57,948 nt of DNA, filler included, from an uncultured Actinomycetes bacterium (GCA_963824995.1; 4 parts of 4 records of this genome joined end to end with filler, not necessarily neighbours in it), one strand, 5' to 3'. Positions 21,696-30,935 are shown, counted from the first letter of the whole stretch. Notes: generated by a model not told the origin, from the sequence alone. Made by a program: numbers and translations.

Positions 21696-23404
21696 CTAGA
21701 GGCTGAGGTGCTCGACGATGGGCCCGAGAGCCCAAACGGGGAAGAAGGTGAGGCCGGCCACCACCAGGATCACCCCGATGAGGAGGCCGGCGAAGAGGGT
21801 CCGGTCGGTGGGAAAGGTCCCCGCCGAAGCGGGAACGGTCTGCTTGCGCACCAACGAGCCGGCGATCCCGAGCACCGGGATGATCAGGAAGAACCGCCCC
21901 ACAAGCATCGCGAGCCCAGCGTCGGGGAGTAGAAGCTGTTGGTGGCGGTCAGCCCGGCGAAGGCGCTGCCGTTGTTGTTCCCCGCAGAGGTGAAGGCGTA
22001 GAGGATCTCGGAGAGGCCGTGCGGGCCGGTGTTGAGCTGCCCCTCGAGGCCGGCGGATAGCAAGACTCCCGCGGCGCTGAACCCGAGCACCACCAGGGGC
22101 ATGGCCAGGATGTAGAGGACCACCAGCTTGACCTCGGTGGCCTGGATCTTCTTGCCCAGGTACTCGGGAGTCCTCCCCACCATCAGACCGGCGATGAACA
22201 CGGTGAGGAACACGAAGATCAGCATCCCGGTGAGCCCGACGCCGAGGCCACCGGGCGTGATCTCGCCCAGTTTCATGTTGATCATCGGGATCAGACCGCC
22301 GATCGGGGTGTTCGAGTCGTGCATCGAGTTGACCGATCCGTTGGAGGTGGCAGTGGTGGACGCAGCCCACACCGCAGACAGGGCGGGCCCGAAGCGGACC
22401 TCCTTGCCTTCCATGTTCCCGCCCGGCGCCTCGCTCACCGTCGCCTGATCGGCGCCGAGGGCGCTGAGGCTGGGGTTGCCGACGTCCTCTGCCCAGACGT
22501 CGACGGCGATCGAGCCGACCAGGAGCACCGCCATCACCGCGATCAGGGCGAACCCCTGACGGCGGTTGCCCACCATCCGCCCGTACATGTCGACGCTGGC
22601 GAAGGCGATTGAGAACAAGGCCCAGGTCGAGAGGAAGTTGGTAAGTCCGTTGGGGTTCTCGAACGGGTGCGACGAGTTGACGTTGAAGAAGCCGCCCCCG
22701 TTGCTACCCAGTTGCTTGATGGCGATCTGACTGGCGACCGGCCCACCCGGTACCGACTGAGTCGCCCCCTCCAAGGTCGTGACCTCGGTGAACCCGTCGA
22801 AGTTCTGAATGACTCCCTGGCTGACGAGGACAATGGCGAAGACGAATGACAGAGGCAGGAGGATGCGGGTGACCGAGCGGGTCATGTCCACCCAGAAGTT
22901 GCCGATGGTGTTCGCCCGCCGCCGGGCGATACCCCTGACCAGTGCGACCAGTGCCGCCAAGCCCACCGCCGGCGACACGAAGTTCTGCACGACGAGACCG
23001 GCGAATTGGGAGAGATGGCTCATCGTCGCCTCGCCCGCATAGCTCTGCCAGTTGGTGTTGGTCATGAAGCTGACCGCGGTGCTGAAGGCCACCCCCGGCT
23101 CGACGGCCGGCATGTCGGTCGGGTTGAGTGGGAGGACCGCCTGCAGCCGGAACAAGGCGTAGAGGAAGAGCACGGAGACCACGCTGAAAGCCAGCAGCGC
23201 CATGGCGTAGCCGGTCCAGCGCTGCTCGACGGTGGAGTCGATGCCGCAGATCCGGTAGAAGAACCGCTCGATGGGGAGGAAGAACCGGTCGCCCGGCGCC
23301 TTGCCATCGCCGTAGACACTGGCCATGTACCGGCCGAGGACGACTGTGGTCAACGCCGTGAAGACGACGAGGACCACGATGAAGACCCAACCCGGGATGT
23401 CCAT
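21696..23404 (-). CDS. kdpA: K+-transporting ATPase subunit A, frameshift near 21925
   Basis: [47 protein letters not shown]. Confidence 0.96.
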
Positions 23405-23493
23405 CAGAACCGTTCCGGGTCGAGCAGGGCGATCACCAGGTAGACGATCAGCGCCACGGCAACGACCAACCCGACGATGTTGTCGGCGCTCAT
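23404..23493 (-). CDS. kdpF: K+-transporting ATPase subunit F
   Basis: [29 protein letters not shown], directly abutting kdpA start. Confidence 0.9.
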   Translation of the reverse strand: MSADNIVGLVVAVALIVYLVIALLDPERF

Positions 23494-23649
23494 GGAGCGA
23501 TCACCTCGACGTCGGTCGGTCCGCGTCCGCTCGGTTCGTGCCACCGGGTCGGTTTCACCTCGCTGGATGATCCGATCGGCGAACCCGACGTAGCCGACGC
23601 ACAACGCGAAGAAGGCGATTGTGATCAGGATGTAGACCAGGTCAGCCAT
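23490..23649 (-). CDS. Small hydrophobic peptide upstream of kdpF (reads in frame with kdpF as given)
   Basis: [28 protein letters not shown] single TM helix. Confidence 0.65.
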
Positions 23650-23689
23650 GTCGCCTGTGTATCACCCAATTTGGACACCAGACCCGGGC

Positions 23690-23738
23690 CTGACGCCAGG
23701 TTGATGCGCCTGCGGCGGATCTTGACGCCGCATTGACG
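23690..23738 (-). promoter_or_regulatory. Putative KdpE-binding direct repeats
   Basis: Plus-strand YTGAYG half-sites at 23690, 23701, 23722 and 23733 (spacing 11, 21, 11) upstream of the kdp operon. Confidence 0.6.
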
Positions 23739-23823
23739 GCCGGCGCTGAGGAGACCTGCTCCATGGCGGCAGGACGGAGGGGCCCCTTCCCCGTTGGTCT
23801 ATCCCCCGGGTAGGCTCGACGCC

Positions 23824-24157
23824 ATGACCGTCGGCGACCGAAACCGCACCATCATCGACGGGTTCGTCCACCAACTCCCCGACAACGACCCGGTCGAGAC
23901 CCAGGAGTGGATCGACTCGCTCGACGGCGTCGTGGCGGAAGAGGGCCAGGTCAGAGGACGTTTCCTGCTGGCGAAGCTGCTCGAGCGTGCCCATGGGACC
24001 GGGCTGGGGGTACCGGCCACCGTCACCACTCCCTACGTCAACACCATCCCGGCCGAGGAAGAGCCGCCCTATCCGGGCGATGAGCACATCGAGCGCCGCA
24101 TCCGGCGGTTCATCCGCTGGAACGCGGCGGTGATGGTGATCAAGGCCAACCACTTGG
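23824..24157 (+). CDS. aceE: Pyruvate dehydrogenase E1 (homodimeric type), N-terminal fragment up to gap
   Basis: DNDPVETQEWIDSLD, TTPYVNTIP, YPGD...ERRIRRFIRWNAAVMV. Confidence 0.92.
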
Positions 24158-24257
24158 NNNNNNNNNNNNNNNNNNNNNNNNNNNNNNNNNNNNNNNNNNN
24201 NTTAATTAATTAANNNNNNNNNNNNNNNNNNNNNNNNNNNNNNNNNNNNNNNNNNNN
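24158..24257. other. Artificial scaffold gap with linker
   Basis: N-run with TTAATTAATTAA. Confidence 0.98.
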
Positions 24258-24319
24258 GCGTACTGGGCGGCGCGGCTGCTCGGTGGCTGAGCCTTCGCCG
24301 GGCCTACCATCCGCCCTTC

Positions 24320-24706
24320 ATGGATGCCCTGGTCACCATCCATTCGATCTTTCGCTGGGTGGTGCTGGCGGCACTGCTCGTCGCAGTCGTCTACGGAATC
24401 GTGCGCGCCCTGCGGCGCGACCCGTGGTCACCCGAGTCGGCCCGACCGTTCTCGATCGCCGTGGTGGCGCTCGACATCCAGGTGTTGATCGGGATCGTTG
24501 TCTGGATCCTCACCCAGGCGTGGGATGCCAACCCGTTCTTGGCCGTCATCCACCCGGTGATCATGCTCCTGGCGGTCGGGGTCGGTCATGTTGCGCTTCG
24601 ACGGGCGCGCACCAACGGGACCTCGCCGCCTGCTTATTGGATCGGAGGACTCGGGTTGTTGGGCGCCCTGGCGCTGGTAGGGGCCGCCATACCCTGGGCG
24701 TCGTGA
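24320..24706 (+). CDS. Four-TM membrane protein of unknown function
   Basis: Four hydrophobic helices with intramembrane His (HSIFRW, IHP, GH), ends IPW. Confidence 0.75.
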   Translation: MDALVTIHSIFRWVVLAALLVAVVYGIVRALRRDPWSPESARPFSIAVVALDIQVLIGIVVWILTQAWDANPFLAVIHPVIMLLAVGVGHVALRRARTNGTSPPAYWIGGLGLLGALALVGAAIPWAS

Positions 24707-25179
24707 GACGCCTCACCGTGGCAGCTTTGCTCCTGGTCGCGGCGTGCGCCGGCCAGCACGGTCCCTGGGTCGATGCAGATGGGAACCAGGTGCCGAACGG
24801 CTTGATTCTGGAGTTCGGCGGCCCTTCTTCGTGTGGGTGGTCGTCAGTCACATTCATCCGGTTCTTCGGAGCGCAATACGCCCGCGACCCGGAGCGGGCG
24901 CTTGGCGCCCTCCAGGGGTCCGACGGGAGCGACCTCACTTACGACGAGGTGACCGACCCGCCCGCTGGAGCGGAGCCCACCGGCATCACCCACGAAGACC
25001 GCGAGATCCTGATAGACGAGGGGCAGCGTGAGAACTATCTCTTCATGGCGGTAGGCGACTCACTGGTGGAGCGCTGGCCACGGGCCGAACTGACCTGTCC
25101 GGCGATGCCCGGCCCACCACCTGAGACGAGCGGAGCGATGCTCGGCGCTCAGTCGACGAACGCCATCTCGTCGACGTAG
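24703..25179 (+). CDS. Hypothetical lipoprotein
   Basis: MRRLTVAALLLVAAC lipobox; GTGA overlap with upstream gene. Confidence 0.65.
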   Translation: MRRLTVAALLLVAACAGQHGPWVDADGNQVPNGLILEFGGPSSCGWSSVTFIRFFGAQYARDPERALGALQGSDGSDLTYDEVTDPPAGAEPTGITHEDREILIDEGQRENYLFMAVGDSLVERWPRAELTCPAMPGPPPETSGAMLGAQSTNAISST

Positions 25180-25412
25180 CACCAGGACCACACCTCACCC
25201 GGCTCCAACGATCGGACGATCGGGTGGCCAGTTTCCGCGGAGTGTGCCCGGGCATGCTTGCTGGGTGAACTGTCACAGCAGGCGGCGTGTCCGCAGGTCC
25301 GGCACATCCGGAGATGGACCCAGGTCCCTCCGGTGCGGAGGCAGTCCTCGCATCCCTCGGCGGAGGGCTCGACCTGGGCAATGGATGAGGTGTGGCTACA
25401 CGTTCCAGTCAT
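25149..25412 (-). CDS. UBP-type zinc finger protein
   Basis: CSH...CEDC...WVHLRMCRTCGHAACCDSSPSKHARAH...WSWCYVD. Confidence 0.9.
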   Translation of the reverse strand: MTGTCSHTSSIAQVEPSAEGCEDCLRTGGTWVHLRMCRTCGHAACCDSSPSKHARAHSAETGHPIVRSLEPGEVWSWCYVDEMAFVD

Positions 25413-25444
25413 GTGTCGGGCTCCCTCGTCGTCAGTGTGACGGT

Positions 25445-25640
25445 AGACGGGAAGGCGGAGGACAGAGCACGGCAAACGGCAGACGGCAGCCAATCCGAAA
25501 TCTATCTCCCGGCCGAGGACGGCAGACGGCAGACGGCAGCCAATCCGAAATCCGTCTCCCCGCAATGGGAAAGGGCCCCGCCGGGTCTTCTGTCCGTCCC
25601 CCCGCAGGGGAAGGGTCCGCCGCGCAGCGGCGGGTAGGGG
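25445..25640. repeat. Composite repeat: AGACGGN heptamers, 42-bp direct repeat (period 50) and REP-like palindrome
   Basis: 25469-25510 and 25519-25560 nearly identical; TCCGTCnCCCCGC at 25551 and 25593; CCGCCGC-gca-GCGGCGG hairpin. Confidence 0.75.
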
Positions 25641-25723
25641 CTGACGAACTGCCCAACTTTGCGCAACCACCCCATCCGCCCGCTGAGCTCGCGCCGCCCC
25701 TCAGCGAGAGAGGCAGCGGGTCG

Positions 25724-26332
25724 TCAGTGGCCGATGTTGTTCAGTCTGAGCCGGGCAGGCGGAGCCAAACCGGCGAAGGCACCCTCGTTGGCTTCCACTG
25801 CGAATTTGAAAGCTTCACCCGGGCTATAGGTGGCACATGGATCTGTGGTGCACGGGACCATGGTGAGAGATCCGACAAGCCGCCTGTTGGCGTCGAAGAA
25901 AGCTATGTCGAGTGGGATCAGCGTGTCCTTCATCCAGAAGGAGCCCATTTTCTCCTCTGGGAAGACGAACAGCATCCCGGTCCCTTCGGGTAGGTCGGAG
26001 ACATTCATCAGGCCTTGCGCCTGTTGCTGGGGGGTCCGTGCCACCGCCACCTCGAGAGGTATGCCGCCCACCGTGATGCTGCCGCTGTCGAAACCCTCGA
26101 GCACGAACCCTGCTCCTGCGGTCGTGCTCGACGAAGGGGCGGTCGTGGCCACCGCCACCGTCGTGACTACCGCAGACGACCCGGTGCTGATTGAAACCGA
26201 CGTGGCGGTGGCAGCAGAGGTCGGGAGCGACGTTGCGGCGGTCGCGGCCGTCGAGCTCGTAGAGCCAGCCGTCCCGCAAGCGCCGACCACCACGAGCAGC
26301 GACAAGCCCACAATGTGACGGGTGCTCCTCAC
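25724..26332 (-). CDS. DUF192 family lipoprotein
   Basis: VGAC lipobox, Thr/Ser linker, QGLM...GMLFVF...FWMKDTLIPLDIAFFD...AVEANEG. Confidence 0.85.
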   Translation of the reverse strand: MRSTRHIVGLSLLVVVGACGTAGSTSSTAATAATSLPTSAATATSVSISTGSSAVVTTVAVATTAPSSSTTAGAGFVLEGFDSGSITVGGIPLEVAVARTPQQQAQGLMNVSDLPEGTGMLFVFPEEKMGSFWMKDTLIPLDIAFFDANRRLVGSLTMVPCTTDPCATYSPGEAFKFAVEANEGAFAGLAPPARLRLNNIGH

Positions 26333-26374
26333 CACTCCAGATGGTAGGAGCCGAGTTTCCGCTGACTGTCCGCC

Positions 26375-26406
26375 CTTCCGACTTCCGTCTTCCGTCTTCC
26401 GTCTAC
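26375..26406. repeat. Heptamer tandem array, AGACGGN family, reverse orientation
   Basis: cttccga-cttccgt-cttccgt-cttccgt directly before TACACT. Confidence 0.75.
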
Positions 26407-26451
26407 ACTCCGCAGCGTTCCTTCGGCCCACTTGCATGTGCGCGCTCGGGC

Positions 26452-26511
26452 CACACCTGCTCCGCCGCCTGGCGGGGCCGTCCAAGCGGACGTCCAGAGG
26501 AAAGGAGACAA
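26452..26511 (+). promoter_or_regulatory. Putative rpsF leader (S6:S18-binding RNA)
   Basis: GCTCCGCC-gcct-GGCGGGGC hairpin followed by CG and a second hairpin before the AAAGGAG RBS; position matches the known S6:S18 autoregulatory leader. Confidence 0.5.
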
Positions 26512-26799
26512 ATGCGCACCTATGAGGTCATGACCATTCATCGGCCCGAACTGGCCGACACCGACGTGGAGACCCACGTCGGGGAACTTCGCAGTTTCCT
26601 CGAGGAGAAGGGCGCAACGGTCACCGCTACCGACATGTGGGGGAAACGCCGTCTCGCCTATGAGATCGAGCATCTCAACGAGGGCTACTACACCGTGGTC
26701 ACCTTCGAGTCGGAGACGGAGTTGATCGACGAGGTGGATCGCATGCTGTCGTTGGCCGACCCGGTGTTGCGGCACAAAGTCGTCCGGCCGGGCAACTGA
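26512..26799 (+). CDS. rpsF: 30S ribosomal protein S6
   Basis: MRTYEVMTI...WGKRRLAYEI...EGYY...VLRHKV. Confidence 0.97.
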   Translation: MRTYEVMTIHRPELADTDVETHVGELRSFLEEKGATVTATDMWGKRRLAYEIEHLNEGYYTVVTFESETELIDEVDRMLSLADPVLRHKVVRPGN

Positions 26800-26904
26800 T
26801 CCCCTGGCTTGTGTCGTACCGGCGTGGTACCACTACCAGGCTGGCCGGTGGAGCGGTAGGTGGGGTCCAGACGAGGGGCCCGGTGACAGCGAGGAGTATG
26901 TGAG

Positions 26905-27375
26905 ATGCCAATCAACAGCGTGACCCTGATCGGCAACCTGGTCGAGGATCCGGAATTGCGCTTCACCCCTTCGGGCGTGGCCATGGCCAAGGTCCGCTTT
27001 GCCGTCAACCGCCGCTATCAGGACCGCAACAACGACTGGCAGGAAGAGACCAGCTTCTTCGGCGGCACCGTTTGGCGGGAGATGGCCGAGTCGGTGGCCG
27101 AATCGCTCACCAAGGGCACCAGGGTCATCGTCACCGGCAGCCTCGAGCAGCGGTCGTGGGAGACCCAGGAGGGCGAGAAGCGCTCGGCGATCGATGTCCG
27201 CATCGACGATATCGGCCCGTCCCTGCGCTATGCCACCGCGACGGTCACCAAGACGACCCGCCGCGACGGCGACTGGCAGGGCGGCAACACCGGCGGTGGT
27301 GGGACCGGTGCCCCTGACATTCCCCCGAGCCCTGTGGGCCGCGACGACTACGGGCCCGACGAAGCCCCCTTCTAA
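26905..27375 (+). CDS. ssb: Single-stranded DNA-binding protein
   Basis: [16 protein letters not shown], acidic DEAPF tail. Confidence 0.97.
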   Translation: MPINSVTLIGNLVEDPELRFTPSGVAMAKVRFAVNRRYQDRNNDWQEETSFFGGTVWREMAESVAESLTKGTRVIVTGSLEQRSWETQEGEKRSAIDVRIDDIGPSLRYATATVTKTTRRDGDWQGGNTGGGGTGAPDIPPSPVGRDDYGPDEAPF

Positions 27376-27392
27376 GAGGAGCAGAAAAAGAG

Positions 27393-27653
27393 ATGGCACA
27401 GCAGCCGCGGCGCAGGCGCCGCAACGAGGACCGCAACAAGAGAATCAGGAAGAAGGTCTGCTACTTCTGCAAGGAGCGGGTCGAGTACATCGACTTCAAG
27501 GACGTGGGGACGTTGCGCCGGTACATGTCCGACCGGGCCAAGATCCGAGCGCGTCGGGTCACCGGCAACTGCCCGCGCCACCAGCGTGAGGTGGCGGTGG
27601 CCATCAAGAACGCCCGCGAGATGGCACTCCTCCCATACGTGGGGCGGCCGTGA
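27393..27653 (+). CDS. rpsR: 30S ribosomal protein S18 (Cys-containing form)
   Basis: CYFC...IDFKD...[12 protein letters not shown]...[12 protein letters not shown]. Confidence 0.97.
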   Translation: MAQQPRRRRRNEDRNKRIRKKVCYFCKERVEYIDFKDVGTLRRYMSDRAKIRARRVTGNCPRHQREVAVAIKNAREMALLPYVGRP

Positions 27654-28096
27654 AGCTCCTCCTCACCCAGGATGTGGACGGTCTCGGCACCCGCGGCGAG
27701 GTGGTAGACGTCTCCGATGGATACGGGCGCAACTATCTGCTGCCCAAGGGCAAGGCGGTGAAGGCGACGACCGGGGCGGTCAGGACACTCGAGTCCACTC
27801 GTGTGCGGCGCGAGGAGAAGGACCGCAAAGAGCGGCTCGATGCAGAGCAGTTGGCCGCAGGTCTGGTCAAGACCAGGGTCGTGATCGCCGCCCACGCCGG
27901 TGACGAGGGCCGGCTCTTCGGGTCGGTCGGAACGGCTGACGTGGTTGCCGGGATCAAGAAGTTCACCGGAATCGACATCGACCGCAAGCACATCGAGATA
28001 CCTACGCCGATCCGTGCGATCGGGCTCCACGAGGTCAGGGTCAACCTGCACCCGGAGGTGGAGTTCCCTGTCACCATCGACGTCATCCCCGCCTAG
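27650..28096 (+). CDS. rplI: 50S ribosomal protein L9
   Basis: [13 protein letters not shown]...GYGRNYLLP...GRLFGSV. Confidence 0.97.
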   Translation: MKLLLTQDVDGLGTRGEVVDVSDGYGRNYLLPKGKAVKATTGAVRTLESTRVRREEKDRKERLDAEQLAAGLVKTRVVIAAHAGDEGRLFGSVGTADVVAGIKKFTGIDIDRKHIEIPTPIRAIGLHEVRVNLHPEVEFPVTIDVIPA

Positions 28097-28154
28097 ACCT
28101 GCCCGGCACCGATACTCCCCAGCTCACGGTTGGCAGATATCGGACCGTGGCCGG

Positions 28155-29519
28155 CTAGACGGTGACGTCGCGTCCCAGGTCGGCGAACCGGGTGAACTCG
28201 GGGAGGAAGGTCATCTCGACCAGCCCGGTCGCTCCGGCGCGGTGCTTGGCCACGATCACCTCTGCCAGGCCCTTCTTCTCCTGGTCTTCGGGGTGGTAGT
28301 ACTCGTGTCGGTAGATGAACATCACCACGTCGGCATCCTGCTCGATGCTCCCGCTCTCGCGCAGGTCCGACAGCCTGGGACGCTTGTCCTCCCTGCTCTC
28401 CAAGCTCCGGTTGAGCTGCGACACGGCGATGATCGGCACATCCAGCTCGCGGGCGAGGTTCTTCAGGTTCCGCGAGATCTCGGCAATTTCCTGCTGGCGG
28501 TTCTCCCTGGTAGCCGCCTGCATCAGCTGCAGGTAGTCGACCACCACCAGAGACAATCCGTGCTGCCGCTTGAGCCTGCGGGACTTTGCCCTGATCTCTG
28601 TCACGGTCACGACGGGTGAGTCGTCGATGAATATCGGTGCCCGGTACATGCGGGAGGCGGCATCGACCACGCGTTGCCACATCGGCCCCAACTGACCGCT
28701 TCGCAGCTTCATCGAGTCGATCCGACCCACCGAGCAGAGGATCCGCTGGACCAATTCCTCCTTGGACATCTCCAGGCTGAAGATGGCCACGGTCTCGCCG
28801 CGCTGCGCCACATTGGTGGCCAGGTTGACCGTGAGGGCGCTCTTCCCCATGCTTGGCCTGGCGGCGATGACCACGAGGTTGGCTGGCTGGAGTCCCGCCA
28901 GCTTGCGGTCGAGATCGCGGAATCCCGTGGCCAATCCGGTGATCTCCGATCCGAGCGCCTCGAGTTCCTCGATGCGCTCGAGGGCGCTCTGGAACATGGG
29001 ACCGACCGCCACCATCCCCTCGCCGACCCTCCTCTCGGCGACCGCCAGGACCTCTTGCTCGGCGCGGTCGAGCACTGTCGAGACTTCCTCCTCCACGAGG
29101 AAACCCAACTCCGCTGCGGTGGAACCGGCGCGGATCAGGCTTCTGCGGAGTGCATGCTCCTCGACGATCGACGCGTAGTACTCGACATTTGACGTTGCGG
29201 GAACGGTATCGACCAGTCCGGTGAGGAAGCCGAGTCCACCGATACGGTCGATCTCGCCGTTCCGGCGTAGTTGGTCGGCAACGGTGACGGCGTCGATTGG
29301 CTGGTTGCCGTCGAAGAGCTGACGGCAGGCTTCGAACACCGCCTGGTGGGAGGGGACATAGAAATCCTCCGGGTGGAGTTTGTCCATAACCAGGCTGGCG
29401 GCGTCCACCGACAGCAGCAAGGCGCCGAGTACCGACTCTTCTGCCTCGAGGTTGTGCGGGGGCACCCTGGTACGCCCGGGAGAATGGCCCCTGCCGGAAT
29501 CGATCGCCCTCGTCGCCAC
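28155..29519 (-). CDS. dnaB: Replicative DNA helicase
   Basis: PPHNLEAEESVLG, AARPSMGKS, FSLEMS, VDYLQL, DLRESGSIEQDAD. Confidence 0.97.
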   Translation of the reverse strand: MATRAIDSGRGHSPGRTRVPPHNLEAEESVLGALLLSVDAASLVMDKLHPEDFYVPSHQAVFEACRQLFDGNQPIDAVTVADQLRRNGEIDRIGGLGFLTGLVDTVPATSNVEYYASIVEEHALRRSLIRAGSTAAELGFLVEEEVSTVLDRAEQEVLAVAERRVGEGMVAVGPMFQSALERIEELEALGSEITGLATGFRDLDRKLAGLQPANLVVIAARPSMGKSALTVNLATNVAQRGETVAIFSLEMSKEELVQRILCSVGRIDSMKLRSGQLGPMWQRVVDAASRMYRAPIFIDDSPVVTVTEIRAKSRRLKRQHGLSLVVVDYLQLMQAATRENRQQEIAEISRNLKNLARELDVPIIAVSQLNRSLESREDKRPRLSDLRESGSIEQDADVVMFIYRHEYYHPEDQEKKGLAEVIVAKHRAGATGLVEMTFLPEFTRFADLGRDVTV

Positions 29520-29831
29520 AGGTTCGCCTCGCCTTACCTCGCCTCTTCCGCCCTCTAGACCCTCGGTCTGCTCTCACTCTGCATCGAGCGTGCGACATTC
29601 CGAGGGCGCGCCGAACCACGCCATCGAACGGGGGAAGTGGCCGGTATGAACGCTGTCAGGACGGTAGGCCGTCGGGCGCCAACGCGAAAACAGAGCTACT
29701 GGATTCGTTTCGCGAGCCGGACACGCGCAGCCGCCGCTCCGCGGGAGGCGTAGGAGGAAGGGGGTAACCTCCCCGCCTTCCAGCCGAGCGGCGGCCATGC
29801 ACGAAATGGATCGTCCGGTGCACCCTGCAAC

Positions 29832-29855
29832 CAAATAGGTCGATCGACCTATTTG
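29832..29855. repeat. Perfect 24-bp palindrome
   Basis: CAAATAGGTCGATCGACCTATTTG equals its own reverse complement. Confidence 0.9.
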
Positions 29856-29861
29856 AGGAAG

Positions 29862-30312
29862 GAGTACCTAGTACTTAGTAGTTGGTACTTAGAAAGCGGG
29901 AACGGAGCCGTTGTCAGGCGTACCTGCGGTCGTATTGCTCTCCGATCGAGACATCAGGACGGCGGCTGCCTCCGGCGAGGTATTGATCGCCCCGTTCGAC
30001 CCAGCGATGGTGCATCCGAGTACTGAATACTGAGTACTGAGTACACGGGAAAAGAGCGGTCGTGATGCGCACCCCTGCGGCCGTCTGCTCTCCGCTTGGA
30101 ACATCAGGACCGCGGTCGCCGCCGGCGCGTTGTTGATCGACCCGTCCGACCGGCGTGTTGCATCTGAGTCTAAGTACTGAGTACTAAGTACTAAGTACTG
30201 AATAATGATCCGCGTACCCTGCGGTCGTGTTGCTCTCCGATCGGGACATCAGGAAGGCGGTTGCCGCCGGCGAGGTGCTGATCGACCCGTTCGACCCGGC
30301 GATGATCCAGCC
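29862..30312 (+). repeat. Three tandem ~145-149 bp units: RAGTACT-type heptamer array plus dcd promoter and 5' end
   Basis: Arrays at 29862-29892, 30018-30044, 30166-30204; dcd-like segments at 29918-30017, 30067-30165 and 30212-30312 (the real gene). Confidence 0.9.
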
Positions 30313-30828
30313 GTCGTCGGTGGACGTCAGGCTCGACCGGTACTTTCGCGTGTTCGAGAACCACCGCTACCCGCACATCGACCCCGCTCTCGAACAGCCC
30401 GAACTGACCAGGATGGTCGAGCCGGCAGGGTCGGAGCCGTTCATCCTCCACCCCGGCGAGTTCGTCCTGGCGAGCACCTTCGAGCGGGTGTCACTCTGGG
30501 TTCCGGGTTCGCAGCACGGTTGGAGGGGAAGTCGTCGTTGGGTCGGCTCGGGCTCCTCACCCACTCCACGGCGGGGTTCGTCGATCCCGGGTTCAACGGT
30601 CACGTCACCCTCGAACTGTCCAACGTGGCGACGCTCCCGATCAAGCTCTGGCCGGGTATGAAGATCGGACAGCTCTGTTTCTTCGAGCTGTCCTCCCCAT
30701 CGGAAGAGCCCTACGGCTCAGGCCGGCTCGGCTCCCGGTACCAGGATCAAAGGGGACCTACCCCGTCGCGATCGCACCTCAACTTCCACCGCGCCGAAGT
30801 GGCGGACAAGGAGATCTCGGCCGACTGA
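30227..30828 (+). CDS. dcd: dCTP deaminase, frameshift near 30495
   Basis: [51 protein letters not shown]. Confidence 0.95.
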
Positions 30829-30831
30829 GGG

Positions 30832-30902
30832 AGCGGATGAGGGGAATCGAACCCCCATCTCAAGCTTGGGAAGCTCGCGTTCTGCCGTTGAACTACATCC
30901 GC
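30832..30902 (-). tRNA. tRNA-Gly (CCC)
   Basis: GCGGATG acceptor stem, TAGTTCAACGGCAGAAC D arm, anticodon loop TTCCCAA, GGTTCGATTCC T arm; CCA not encoded. Confidence 0.95.
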
Positions 30903-30935
30903 GGGGAAGGCCATGCTACCAACGGCAGCACCGGG

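Noticed and set aside
23650..23820. c-di-AMP (ydaO) riboswitch before kdp
   Set aside because: No recognisable conserved ydaO segments; phased direct repeats explain the region better.
25149..25412. UBP zinc finger as a sign of a bacterial ubiquitin system
   Set aside because: Stand-alone bacterial UBP-type fingers are common, and no E1/E2/JAB or ubiquitin-like genes are nearby.
29574..30104. Short ORFs in the dnaB-dcd interval
   Set aside because: They translate repeats and hairpins (e.g. VLSTQYSVL) and show no protein-like features.
29862..30204. CRISPR-like array with AGTACT repeats
   Set aside because: The intervening segments are homologous to each other and to dcd; the repeats are microsatellite-like.
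29918..30312. DGR template/variable repeat pair at dcd (also considered for the Uma2 pair)
   Set aside because: Differences involve all bases rather than only adenines, and no reverse transcriptase is in the window.
30832..30902. tRNA-Gly as an integration site
   Set aside because: No duplicate of the tRNA 3' end and no integrase seen.
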